A stretch of 64,000 bases of DNA from Octopus sinensis. Lineage: Eukaryota. Of the stretch, positions 37,266-50,623 are shown piece by piece. Where the stretch lies: the NCBI RefSeq assembly GCF_006345805.1, contig NC_043005.1, positions 46,004,001-46,068,000 on the forward strand. The letters are read 5' to 3'. Numbering within the stretch: position 1 is the first letter of the stretch; every line of letters begins with the position of its first letter. The position numbers and the translations under genes were made by a program. Under the pieces are notes generated by a model. The model made no database searches. It worked only from the letters and a program-made list of their open reading frames with translations, and was not told where the DNA came from.

Positions 37266-39399
37266 TTGTGCGTGCACGCGTAATATTTAAATTTTTTCTT
37301 AACAATTCCTTTTGCTATGATGCAAAGTATCAGTATTAAACATACTATTTGGAATAAACTTCTTTAAAGTTACAGAATAACAATCTAAAATTGTTAGCAA
37401 GGATTCTTATATCGTTAACATTTTTCTTAACGAATTTCAGAAATATTACATAATCATAAGAATTATTCTGGAGATTATGGTAAGCTGTCAGTAAAGTGAG
37501 ATCGAAACCATGATTACCCCCACCACTAATATCATGAGAAAGGCATCAAGCCCATATCTTCCCTATTTCTCTGAAATAATATTTCATGCTTCATGGCTTT
37601 ATAAGAAAATGTTTATATTTTGATTTAGCGCCGAGATTTGTATAATAGTTTTAATGGCTGTTATAATAGCCTCACTTTAATAAATTCCTATATATTTATT
37701 CAATAATTGGTGTTTTTATCGAAGCTCATTCATTCTATAGCTCTGTTTTTACTTTATCAACGATTCTACGTTGTTCTAACGCGGTCTGATGTGTACAAGT
37801 TCGCATTAATGATGGTGATGTTGAAACGATGATAAGATATACTAATGAGGAGTGAAGTGTTGTTTAGATAACTTACATTAGTATGGAGCTCAAGAACTAC
37901 ATAGTGAAGGGAACTTGTGGTTGCTTTCAGGGAAACACTTGTTAAAATAGAAACTCTAAACAAGATTTATTACAAAACCACAAAGCATGAACATTTAGTT
38001 TGGATTTGAGGGAAAGTGGGAAGATTCTAACCGCTAAAATAAATATTTTCTCGTTAAATAACAACACAACTCAGTGTGGATTTTAACAAACGTTTCCTTA
38101 AAGCAATCAGAAGTTCCTCTTCTCAAGAGAGTTCTAAGTTCTAGTGCCAGTATAAAATATCTAAATATATTTCACCTCCTGCTGACCTATATGATTATTG
38201 ATACTCTCAACTACTTGAGAACTCAGTGCTACAAAGACTTGAAACGTGTTATTGTTTAATGTCAACATTCGGTTAAATATACACTCACATCGTGTTGTAA
38301 ACCATTAGTAAAGATTAGCTTTTATGGTGAGATCCGGTGATGTGAGCTAACATTAACTTAAAATTCCTTAAATTGGAACTAATTTACTTTAGACAATGAA
38401 ATGAAACTCGAAATGGAGACCAGCGATAATTACATGATAGCTATATTTCTTAATGAATTTGAAGAATAACATCTGAACTAGCAATACTTAGTTTTAAATG
38501 AAATTTTTTTTAATGTATATATTTTTTAGTCGATTGGCACAATAGTTTTAATAGATGATCTAATATTTTAGGGCAAGCAAAATTTTAGAATATATTTTGG
38601 ATTGCTGAAGACATGAAGAGTAAGAGAAAGTGTTTGGGATCGAAAGAAAAATGTGGGAGGAAAAATGAAAATTAATGTTAAATAAAAAATCAGAACTCTG
38701 TTCCCTTAGGAATAGAAACGTACGGATTTGTATGATGAGATTAGGATTTTTGGTTAGGCTGCGTGTTGTTTCCATATTAAACGAAGTCACCATATTAACT
38801 TTACAATGAATCTGCTGTTGTTTATCTTGACTACCATTTCTAGCGTCGAAAGTCTTGAATTGTCGCTTGAAAAGTGTGCCAATGTTACTGAAATGAGTTG
38901 TAATTAGTTGTAATTAGGCAACACCGAGCAAGAATTTGGACAAGATTTATTGTATCGCATTAATTATGAAAAGCCGTTCATGCATTACAAATACATATAT
39001 CGAAATAGCAGGATGAAAATATTGTAATGTAACATGCAAAGAAAATGACTATTCAAGGTTGGGCTGGTTTAAACATAATGCATATGCAGGTATGATGTCA
39101 TGGCTGCCTTGCAATCGCATATAATCATTAGAATGACTGGCAAAGGATTGTGTTGGTAACGTGCTCAAGAATACACAAAAGCTTGCGAGAGTGGAGACCG
39201 TCGTGCCCACTCGGACGTCTGCGAAGGACGGTAAAAATCAACTTTATCTATAGTCTGTGCTCATGAAAGTTTATTGCTTCTTGGGCACGAAATAAATTCG
39301 TACAATTCACGAGTGATGAATTTGAATTCCGAAGTAAATCAATTTAATACGCTGTTCGCTTCATTCAGTATGTCCTGACCAATGTACGACTGATCTCGA

Positions 39400-40025
39400 G
39401 GGACGATTCTCGGATCTCAAAGCAGTCCAAGAATGTTTGGAAGCCAAACGAGAGAATCTGGCAAAGATGACTGACAGATTGAGTCTAATTCATCCTCATC
39501 CAGCAGTTTTTCTGTTCAAGAATTGCATCGCTCTACCGAAATCCCTCTTTTTGCTGCGCAGTATACCACGCAACCTCCAAACAAGGCGCCTGGACGTAGT
39601 CGCCACCATAATTCTTCCATATTTTGAATTCATCTCGGCCTCTGCTCAACGTCTGACTCGGCACTGCTGGCCCACCTTTCTTCCATTGCCTCCAACCGTG
39701 CACTCAGCTGTATTAGAGATACAAAAGTATCTCTGTAACACACCAGACCACATATCCACTAATACAAAAAAGTACTACCTCCCAGAAACAGAAGTGAGAT
39801 AATATGAAATGAAGATGCATCAGCATGATAATCCAGTTATCCCCTCTACTAACACCGTCTCGCTTGCTTCCACACTGCCTGGAACCAAACAATGGTACTT
39901 AACTCAACCCGGCACCCACGTATCTGAGTTACCTACGTATATCGCTGTGGAGCTACTATTGATGAATTCAGACTGCATCTGTTCTGTTGTCACAGCGCAA
40001 GAAGATTCTCTCCCCGCTCCCTACT
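39400..40025 (+). pseudogene. CRE-clade non-LTR retrotransposon fragment (post-RT region and zinc finger)
   Basis: ILGSQ, LEAKRENLAKMTDRLSLIHPHPAVFLFKNCIALPKSLFLLRSIP and YRCGATIDEFRLHLFCCHSARRF, resembling CRE-type NC.A.PKL.Y.LR.SP and C.CG..VD..G.H.L.C motifs. Confidence 0.7.
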
Positions 40026-40241
40026 GAACGATGTTGTAGGAGACGCAACATTACCAGTTCCTCTTCACAATTGAAGCTTATTGGCCTTCATCCTTTTTTT
40101 TTTTACCGTTTGAAGGATGTAAATCATTCATCTGTGATGTCACGCGTTGTGACAAATTCTTCAGAGTCAACCTTTTTGCATTGGTCATAAACCGCAGAAC
40201 CGTTCTCCAACCCGCAACGAAGTGGTGCGGAAAATTACATA

Positions 40242-40739
40242 CCGTAAATCCTCGAGTATAGTCCGCCCTTGAGTATAATACGCAGGGGATTTTTAGGGAG
40301 CTGTACCTCTGAAAAACCTAAACCTTGTGTATAATACGCACCCCTTCTCTAATTTGAGTCAAGGAGGTCTATATAACGTCCTTGGTTTGTAAAAGTGTAA
40401 CGTCCTTTATTATTATCGTATATATAACATAATGCAAACGTGTAGCTTTTTTGTGCATTTTGTTTGCAGAAAATAAAGAAATAACAGTAATAACGTTTAA
40501 TAAATGTTGCTTACTGCAAGTTATGGATGATTCTTTTATGACTTTCAGGCTTAGCTTAAGGTATTTTCGCGCCCGACATCACAAAATGCGTCTGAATAAA
40601 CATTGCCGGACAGCAAATAGAGCCTCGGACATTGCTTAGAAAATAATTTTCATTTTTAACTTCGTATATAGTACCCACTAGGGATTTTGACCTTTAAATT
40701 TTTTTAGAAAGAATGCGGATTATACTCGAGGATTTACGG
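40242..40739. mobile_element. Tc1/mariner (Tc2-like) MITE
   Basis: TA|CCGTAAATCCTCGAGTATA(G)TCCGC ... GCGGATTATACTCGAGGATTTACGG|TA. Confidence 0.88.
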
Positions 40740-40931
40740 TAATAATATTTAACAGGCAGTCTCTTTCACGACGGTCACGGTTGAGGCCATTGTTGTCCCC
40801 CCCTCTTCTTAATTGATGCTTTCCTTCGTTAAACTGTGATGTAAGCATCACAACTTACACACGCGCGTGCAAACACATATGAAGTCTTGAGATAGAAATG
40901 GCTGATGCAGTAGATTTTGCTAGCTGATCTT

Positions 40932-40967
<36 letters not shown>

Positions 40968-41871
40968 CGTGCGACGTGTGAGTGAACATGTATTTTTGAG
41001 AAATGCACTGCTTGAAGAGAAAAAATTGGAAAATATTATTTGAATCTTGGATCAAAATACCTGAGAATATTTTAAACTTATAAGTAACTAAAAACGTGAC
41101 TATGATTCACCTTCACCAATAATAATGTCTTCAGGCGGTACTCAGAACTTCCTTTTTACTCTGAGATACATTTTCAGACTCTTTATATTTATATATTTTC
41201 TAAAAATCGCTTTTTATTATTTTTTTTTTTATATTTGGTGCTGATTGAATTGATAAACTCTTTTTACTAGATACTATAACAATTTCGGTTAAACAGCATT
41301 TTAAAATATGATAATTTGGAAATTTCTCCAGGTATATGCTTTTCGAATTTTCTTTAGAAATTTTTTATTTATAGTTCTGATATTCTTCCTTTAAATATTA
41401 TATTCGTTGATGATTTTTTTTTCTTCTGTTTCCTGAGTCTATTCTATTGCTATACTTTCCCATATCAATGACTACATGTTGTCTACAGTCAAACTGTTGT
41501 ATGCTGTATTGGTGGTGGTGGTGGTGGTATTGGTGGTGGTAGTAAGTATGCTGAAACAGCCAATACTTAATACTTAAATATGCCAATGAGAAGAAAGATG
41601 TATTGAGACAGTTTACATTAGAAGATAACAGATTTGTCTATAAGAAAGTGGAACTGCCGATGTTTTAATTCTAAAGTCAAAACAAGATTTTTTTATAGAA
41701 GCATGAAGCATTAAAGTCTTTAATTCTGCATAAAAGTGAAGTTATATCTTTCATGCATATCTGAAGGTATTCGCAACGTGGATGAAGAATATCGCGATCT
41801 TAGCTTGCTAATAGTTTTTTTTTTTGTATTCTTCAGCGTTTGGTCTCAGATTCGAATAATATATAAATTCG

Positions 41872-42095
41872 TTGAGGAAATAAATACGGGGTGTCTGACC
41901 GTCAGCTACCAGTTTGTGCCGGTCGCCGTCGAGACGTCAGGTGTTCTCGGACTCCGTACTACCGATTTCCTCCGCAAAACTGGGTTAACAGCGTCCCGTC
42001 GAAGAAATGAGCCCCGAGAGCTGGAAAGGCTGCTGCAGCGAGTGTTGTTGATAATTCTTCGCGGCAACGCTAACACGGTCATTATCACGGGGCAC
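41872..42095 (+). pseudogene. CRE-clade restriction-like endonuclease C-terminus
   Basis: YQFVPVAVETSGVLG...DFLRKTG....RNEPRELERLLQRV..IILRGNA matches the Y.F.P.A.ET.G..G...QR.S....RGNA pattern. Confidence 0.8.
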
Positions 42096-42447
42096 GGCTG
42101 GGTATTCCATTTGTTCTGGTGCATGTGGCCCATCGCCCCCTCTCATTCCATCTTATCCTGCTTTACCACTCATTTTTTTTTTCTTTACATTTTTTTTTCG
42201 ATTTTTATTTATCTCTTTTTTTCCCGTTTCTTTGTATTTTTATGAATTATTTCTGGAATAAATGAAAATTAACCCTGAAGAAAAATAATAAATTATGTTG
42301 TTCAGTATTAAGTGATGTCATCGCACATCCTTGAATCTGAATGCTAGAAGATAAATCTTTCACAGAATGTCAGTGAACTGTAAACAAACGTTTTGTTAAC
42401 TTGTGTTTAGAGTTAAACTGCGGTGAAGACAAATATTAATTAAATGA

Positions 42448-42820
42448 GGCGGAGGCGTGACTGTGTGGTAAGAACCTTGGTTCACCACTAAATGTTACCG
42501 GATTCAGTCCCACTGCATGGTACCTTGGGCAAGTGTCTTCTGCTATAGCCTCAGGCCAACCAAAGCCTCGTGAGTGGATTTGGTTGACAGAAACTGAAAG
42601 AAGCTCGTTGTATATAGATATATATGTGTGTGTGTGTGTGTGTATCCCACCATCGCTTGACTACCGGCGTTGGTATGTTTACGTCCCCGTAACTTAGCGG
42701 TTAGGCAAAACAGACCGATAGAATAAGTACTAGGCGTAACAAAATATTAAGTATTGGGGTCGAGTCATTCGACTAAAACTTCGTGAAAGCGGTGATCTAA
42801 TGACTGAAACAAGTAGAAGA
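42448..42820 (+). mobile_element. SINE B
   Basis: Full organisation; tail-to-tail with 42963-43345. Confidence 0.85.
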
Positions 42821-42962
42821 TGAATGGAAATTGTCTAAAATAAACAATTGTAAATGTCTGCATTGATTTCCGATCCTAAATAATTAACAAAGAAGTTTAT
42901 TTTAGGGATTAGGGACGCCAGTCTTTTCTTCAGTTTTGGTTCGAAACATTATCCCCTTTCAT

Positions 42963-43148
42963 CTTTTACTTGTTTCAGTCATTGGACTGCGGCCATGGTG
43001 TGACACAGCCTTGAAGGGTTTTTAGTCGAACAAATCAACCACAGTACTTATTCTCTTAAAGCCTGGTACTTACATTATCTGTATCTTTTGCCGGATCACA
43101 AAGTAACGGTGACGTAAACAAACCAACACCGGATGTCAGCGGTAGTTA

Positions 43149-43182
<34 letters not shown>

Positions 43183-43345
43183 ACGGGCTTCTTTTCAGGT
43201 TCCGTCGACCAAATTCACTTGTCAGGATTTGGCCGGCCAGAGGCTTTAGTAGAAAACACTTACCCAAGGTACCATGCGGTGGAATTGAACCCAGAACCCC
43301 GGAACCATGAAATTGCGAAGCAAATTTCTTATCACACAGCCACTG
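42963..43345 (-). mobile_element. SINE B
   Basis: Reverse-complement copy. Confidence 0.85.
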
Positions 43346-44118
43346 AACAAATTTTTAAATAACATTTCGGAAAGCAGTTATGAAATTGTTATTTCCACTC
43401 AGCAGACGTTTCTGCAAATTAAAGAATTCCTAATTCATTAGAAACTGAAATATTTTCCATTTCGCCTTGGCCGCTTTGATCACAGATTTCTCCAACACTT
43501 ATACAATTATTTACATTATATTACAATCTGGTTATACACCGTATGCAGTCAATGAAACGGTCAGATAGAGGTATCAATAGCCTTACAAAAGACCAGTGAT
43601 GAATAGATATATAATAAATACTTTATATATCAAGAAAAAGATTATTAGATATTATGCTGGTGAAATATTCAATATATAATATTTTCCAAATTTGTTTCAG
43701 AAAAATGATGATGATGATGACATCTATTAAAATCAATTATCTCCAGAATTATAGCTACAAACGAAACAAAAATAAAAATCAAGACTGAAATTAACAATAT
43801 TCTGGGAGAACCAACTGTCAAATAACCCAATGTGAAGTTAACTATAAAGAACATCGTATAAATCTTGCATGGGTACAAAGTACCCATGTCTTTAAGGAAG
43901 AGGGAATTACTACCGTTGCTTTAAAGAAATGATTGTTTAACTCTGTGATCATTTCCTTAGTTTTCTATACATTATTCTGCGATGCACCTGGTTACAGTAT
44001 CATCAGGGGTGTTTTCTAGGATCATTAGGTGTTTCGAGTTTTCATCATCAGACACTTTCACCTAGGCGACCCAGCCGGGGTTAATCAAGCCACTCAGCTT
44101 GTGTACATATATATATAA

Positions 44119-44446
44119 AGACCCCCTTCGGTCATGAATGACCATGGGATTGCACCTAGAAAGTTACCCTCCTAGACACAAGTCCGGGCAAGGTTGTTTA
44201 TGGAAGACCAGCAGTCGCCCATGCACACCAGCCTCTCCTTTCCACGCCACTAGTATTATCCAAGGGAAAGACAAAGGTCGATACAGCTTGGCACCAGTGA
44301 CGTCGCAACTCATTTCTACAGCTGAGTGAACTGGAGCAACGTGAAATAAAGTGCCTTGCTCAAGAACACAACACGCAGCCCGGTCCGGGATTCGAGCTCA
44401 CAACCTCACGATCGTAAGCTCGACGCTCTAACCACTGAGCCATGTG

Positions 44447-44448
<2 letters not shown>
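44119..44448 (-). mobile_element. SINE D
   Basis: Near-consensus copy. Confidence 0.9.
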
Positions 44449-44499
<51 letters not shown>

Positions 44500-45358
44500 C
44501 ACACACGCGCACATATATGTATACATGTACACACGACGGGCTTCACACAGTTTCCATCGACCAAATTCATTCTCAAAGATTTACTCAGCCTGAAGTTATA
44601 GTAGAGATACCTGTACATGGTGCCGCGGCGCAGTGCGACTGAACCCGAAACATTGCAGATAAATTTTAACTACCAAATCTTATATGGACCCCACCCACAA
44701 GAGTCATATGGACCCCGGTTGAGAACCACTGGTGTAGATAAACCGAGGTGGTGACTTTAATCTGCTAAAAACTTACCACATCATTCAGCGTCTGATCTAA
44801 CATCCAAATAATATCCATTTTTCGACAACTAGGAATCTAACTGCTTAAGGAAGCTTTTGCTAATGGCTTATGACACAAATTGAATGATATTCATAAGAGT
44901 TTCTTTTAGAAATTCACAATTTCCTCTTCACTGTAGAATTGCCTTCTCATTACAGTTTAAGATATCTAAATATGCCACACTTTTCCATTGGATAACGTAT
45001 TGCTTCAACATCACAACCACTATTGTAATCCATTATTTAACTCTACATTCTGACTATACACTGTCATCATTTATACACTGATTATAGGGTTTGAATGGTT
45101 TCACAATAGGCTATCAATGAATACGTATATAGCAGATGAATGTCGCAATTGTTAATAGAAAATTTGAAGGAAATTCTTTGTTATATGCGCAGGCATGGCT
45201 GTGTTGCTAAGAAGCTCGTTTTGTAACCACATGGTTTCAGGTTCAGTCGTACTGCGCGGCACCATGGCTGAGTAAATCTTTGAGAATGAATTTGGTCGAT
45301 GGGACGTGTGTGAAGCCCGTCGTGTGTACATATATACATATATGTGCGCGTGTGTGTA

Positions 45359-45454
<96 letters not shown>

Positions 45455-45458
45455 GGGG

Positions 45459-45708
45459 GGCGAGTGGCTTAGTGGTTAGGGTGTCAGCACCATGATCGTA
45501 AGATTGTGGTTTCGATTCCTGGACCGGGCGAAGCGTTGTGTTCTTGAGCAAAACACTTCATTTCATGTTGCTCCAGTTCACTCAGCTGGCAAAAATGAGT
45601 AACGCTGCGATAGACTGGCGTCCCGTCCAGCTGGGGAACACATACGCCATGGAAACCGGGAAACAGGGCCCATGAGCCTGGCTAGGCTTTAAAAGGGCGC
45701 ATTTATTT
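45459..45708 (+). mobile_element. SINE F
   Basis: tRNA-like head, ttgtgttcttgagcaaaacac core-like motif, ctgcgatagactggcgtcccgtcc tail. Confidence 0.85.
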
Positions 45709-46089
45709 TATATATATATATATATATAGTCAACAGATGAGATCCGGAGATTTTCAGGACAGAAGACACTTAGTAGTGCTCAAATGATTCAAACTTAGAC
45801 TCCGATATTTTAACAGGCCAGCAAATTCGGAGTAACTGGTAAGTCGATTACATCGATCCCACTGTTCAACTGCTACTTATTTATTTATCCTGAAAGGATG
45901 AAAGGCAAAGTCGACCTCGGCAGCATTTGAATTCAGGGCGCAAAGTCGGAAGAAATGCCGTTAAGCATTTTACCCCGGCGTGCTAACTATTCAGTTAGCT
46001 AGCTGTCTCAAAAAATTAATATGATCTATCTGCAGTCAGTCATTGCATGTATGACTTCTATCCACTGACTCTACATGGCTTTGGCAGGA

Positions 46090-46335
46090 CTTGATAAGCT
46101 TTCTCCATACTGGTCGGTTTTTCACTTGGGTTTGCTATTTATTATGGTCAATTCCTTTCCGCTTCATGATCCTTTTTGCAATATCTTTGAATCTTAGTCT
46201 AGGTGTTCTCTGTTTTCTTTTTCCCTTATATAGTTAGGAGTAAAAGATTTGTCTGGGTAGTTCATTGTTGCCCATACATCCTGTGTATGTGACCCAACCA
46301 ACATACATTTCTAACAATCTCAATAATAATCTGCT
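46090..46335 (-). pseudogene. RTE-clade LINE ORF 3' end
   Basis: WLGHI.RM..NELPRQIFYS.LYKGKRKQRTPRLRFKDIAKRIMK..GID...KNRPVWRKLI. Confidence 0.8.
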
Positions 46336-46391
46336 CGTTCGTTCGCCTGTTATACTTTAGATAGAGAGGAGGAGATGTAATAAAAGGGTAA

Positions 46392-46432
<41 letters not shown>

Positions 46433-47320
46433 ACAAACAGACAGACAGACAGAGGGAGAAATGTGAGTAGAGAAGAAAGAAGAGAGGAGTATAATAATAC
46501 ACTAAGTCCAAATGCATCATATGTTTAGTTGAAGGGAGAATCAAAGAGCGAGAGAAAAAAGACGGCGAGAGAAAAGTGGGAGAGAGAAGTGTTAATGACG
46601 TGCTGCAGGATCAGGAAGGAAAAGTGAAGAGAAAGAGATAAATGCTAAAGACCTGAAAAAAAGGGAATTACACGGTTTAAGAGGTAGAGAGAAAGAGAGA
46701 AATATAAAGTGCTTAGCAAGGGAAATCTAAAATAATATATTATTGAGACTGGAAATGAAATAACTTAGCAAAATAAAAATAAAATCATCCTTTCTTTCTT
46801 AAATAGTTTCTCTTAATCTTTTTCTTTCTGTGGAATTTCCGCAGATCCCACTAATAATGATAAATATTAAAACGGTAAAATCTCATGAGGTCATTTGCGA
46901 AAGTATTTAAAATGATTTTGTGCCCTAAACCATTTCGAAAAGGGATTTTTTTTGTTTGTTTTTGTGACCAGATCCAGTGATATGTGGAAAGAGCGCTTAC
47001 CATATCTCGCATTCAAACCAATTGTATATTATAGCATCCAGGGCAAGTGTCTTCCACTTCGGATTTGGAATAGCCAAAATATTGAGTGGAATTTGGTAGA
47101 TAGAAACCACACTTGCACACACATTTTATCTTTTACTTGTTCCAGTCATTAGGCTGCGGCCATGGTGGGGCAACGCCTTGAAGGGTTTAGTCCAATAACT
47201 CGATCCCAGTACTTATTTTAAAACCTGATACTTATTCTATCGGTTTGTTATTTGCGAACTGCTAAGTTGCTGCGAAATAAGCAAGCTAACACATGTCAAG
47301 CGGTAGCGGGGAACAAACAT

Positions 47321-47774
47321 GGATCTTTTCGGTTTGAACGGCAGTTTTTTCTAGCGGTGTCATATGAAATTGTCACCCATAATTATGACCCTAGTATCGA
47401 TCTATTGCATTACAATCTGTTTTAATGTTAGGGTTAGTTAGGGTTAGTTAGGATTAGTTAGGGTTAAGGTTAGGGGTGGGGGGAAGGGTATCTTTTTTTC
47501 TTCAGAAATGTAAATAAACCCAATCTGTTTCTTAAACGAGGGACATATTCATACGGCACAGAATGTTTTCACCTCAATAGACGGTCATTGATTGGTTGAA
47601 ACTGCAGAAATTGAAGAAAAAACAACAACAAATATCTTAAAAACTATAGAATTTTCTCAATAAAGCCAAGAGAAAAAGATGTTTTATAAACACATTCTAC
47701 CAGTATACGAAGTTAAAAATTTTTTAGTTACATAGTAATTATGTTAAAAACTGCCGTTCAAACCGAAAAGATCC
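47321..47774. mobile_element. Merlin-like MITE family 1, second copy (inverted), inside a SINE B
   Basis: 29/29 TIR match, exact 8-bp TSD acaaacat (47313-20, 47775-82), internal gttagggtta repeats at ~47428-47480. Confidence 0.9.
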
Positions 47775-47975
47775 ACAAACATAAACACAAGGATACACAT
47801 ATATAGATATATATGCATATACATATGTACGACGGGCTTCCTTCGGTTTCCGTCTAATAAATACACTCACAAGGTTTCGGTCAGTAGAAGACCCTTCCTT
47901 GCTCAAGGTATCACGCAATGGGACTGAACCCGAGACGATGGGGTTGGTAAGTAACGTTCTTACAACACATCCACG

Positions 47976-48012
<37 letters not shown>

Positions 48013-48724
48013 TCATCATCATCATCATCATCAGTAGTAGTAGTAGTAGTAGTCAGTCAGTCAGAAGTTCCGATCGAAGCTCTTGTTTCGTGTGTGTCTG
48101 CGTATGTGTGCGCGCGTGCGAGAGTTCCTCTATGTCTGTGGATGTGTCTTTTTTTCCCCTCCATGTTTGAATTTATATTTGTCATTATAAGGTGGTGGGT
48201 GTAGAGTTGCGAGTGTTTACGCCAAAAACCGTAATTTAGCGGTCCGATAAAATTATTGCCAGACTAAAATAAATTCTAGGGTCGATATTATCGACAGAAA
48301 CCATTGAAGTCGGTGCACCAGCAAGACCACTGCTCAATAACGGAGACCAGTGAAAGAATGAAAAAAAAAAAAAAAAAAAAAAAATACAACAAAACTTCAA
48401 CCAACTAACATCAATCATTACGTCATAAACAATTTCCTTAAAGAATGTGCAATGCCTTATTTAAATCCATCAACCAAACAATCTAGAATGTTAAAGTTAT
48501 ATACACAGATATTACTGTGCGGTTAAGAAGCTTATTTTGCGGTTAAGAAGCTTATTTTTCACTACCACCGCTTGACAACTGATCTTGGTTTATTTTCTTC
48601 ATCGTAATTTAGTAGTCCGGCAAGAGGGACTGATAGAAGAAGTGCCAGGCTCAGCTCGAAAAATACGTATTGGGGTTGATTGTTTCAGCATGCCCGCAGT
48701 CTAATAACTGACGCAAATATATAC

Positions 48725-49143
48725 TCTTTTACTCTTTTACTTGTTTCAGTCATTTGACTGCGGCCATGCCGGAGCACCGCCTTTAGTCGTGCAAATCGAC
48801 CCCGGGACTTATTCTTTGTAAGCCCAATACTTATTCTATCGGTCTCTTTTGCCGAACCGCTAAGTGACGGGGACGTAAACACACCAGCATCGGTTGTCAA
48901 GCAATGCTAGGGGATAAACACAGACACACAAACATATACACACACACTTATATATATATATATATATAATATATATATATATATATACGACAGGCTTCTT
49001 TCAGTTTCCGTCTACCAAATCCACTCACAAGGCATTGGTCGGCCCGGGGCTATAGCAGAAGACACTTGCCCAAGATGCCACGCAGTGGGACTGAACCCTG
49101 AAACATGTGGCTGGTTAGCAAGCTACTTACCACACAGCCACTC
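48725..49143 (-). mobile_element. SINE B
   Basis: Near-consensus copy. Confidence 0.9.
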
Positions 49144-49584
49144 CTTTTTATATTAATAAAAAAAGAAAAAAATTACATTATTTTGTGCCTCATTTTTCAG
49201 CGATGGACAATATCGCATTTTAAGAATGTTTATTCCGGCAAAATTATTATACCATCAAATAAAACCACAGGGTCAACTAACTCAATACGAATTTTAAAAA
49301 AGACGAGCAAAAGAAAACATTGGCAAAAATTCCCCCCCCCCCCAAAAGATCAACAATACATGATTATTTGTAAAAGCATGAATTAGAAGTGTATGACCTT
49401 CATTGCTTTCTGGTGACATTAAATAGCCAAAATGGATCTAAAAAACTTAGCAGGGTGAATACAAAACGTGATGTCAGCATGTAGTAACTGTTTCTTTTAC
49501 TTCTTTTTACTTGTTTTTGCCATACTGGGGCATCGGATTGAAGGGTTTTGTCAAACAAACCAACCCCATTACTCCTTTTTTGAG

Positions 49585-49814
49585 CCTGGTGGTTGTGGTG
49601 GTGACCGTGGTGGTCGTATGACTAGTATGTATTTGTGGTAGTGGCGGTGTTGGTGGTGGTAGTAGTCATCGTAGTAGTAGTAGTAGTAGTGACAGCAGTA
49701 GTAGTGGTAGTGGCAGTGGTGGTGTTGGCTGTGGTGGTGGCGGTAGTCGCCGTAGTAGAAATGATGGTAGTGGTGGTTAATGATAGTAGTAGTATTGGTG
49801 GTGGTGGTAGAAAT

Positions 49815-49895
<81 letters not shown>

Positions 49896-50014
49896 CAAAA
49901 CGTCTGTCTGTGTAATAAGGTATGGAAATGAATGAGATGGAAAGGGACTTCATGCCAATCAATCGAGCGGCTTTTTTCCCCTCTGTCTTTTAATCAGTGT
50001 GTATGAGAGAGAGA

Positions 50015-50067
<53 letters not shown>
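49585..50067. repeat. Mixed (GTG/GTA)n trinucleotide tract and (GA)n microsatellites
   Basis: Read directly; accounts for the poly-His, poly-Val and ER/SL ORFs. Confidence 0.9.
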
Positions 50068-50071
<4 letters not shown>

Positions 50072-50623
50072 TTAAACCCCACATTCATTTTCTGCTCCAT
50101 AATCGTTAACAAATGTTTATTTTCGTGGTTAGATCCAGCGGTATGAGCTAACACCACGCAACAAACTTCATATTTGAATTAAATTATTTTTAGTCAAAAG
50201 AATAAAACACGAGACAGAGAACATTGATTTGCACATCGTAGCAATGTATTTATTTTTCCCACACCAACTTGAAGATTATTATTTTAATCATGGTTGCAGC
50301 AAACGGAGATTACAATATTTATTCACCATATCCGTTGATTGTTCTCAGAAAAGGATTGGCAATCGCTATTTCGCAATTCAAATGAACTAAAACCGCCGAT
50401 TTCATCTTTTTTCTCGGGTAGGGGTAGGAAGAAGGTTTTTCGTTTTCCATATTTCGTGCTGATCCGATGTGTGTTCAAATAAATGTTATAATAATTTTAG
50501 GTTAAACAATTATTTAGAACTTCCAGATGCAACTGGCATCGTCCGGATTTAGTACATAAAATAAACGTAATCTCAAAAATTCACTATATTTTGGATTAAA
50601 TGCTTTAGAAAGATGGGCATGCC

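Noticed and set aside
38806-38907. 33-aa ORF resembling a signal peptide (MNLLLFILTTISSVES...)
   Set aside because: It is too short, has no convincing splice donor or other support, and is expected by chance in AT-rich DNA.
49569-49962. Poly-His / poly-Val / SL-ER ORFs
   Set aside because: They come from mixed trinucleotide and (GA)n repeats, with no splice or domain evidence.
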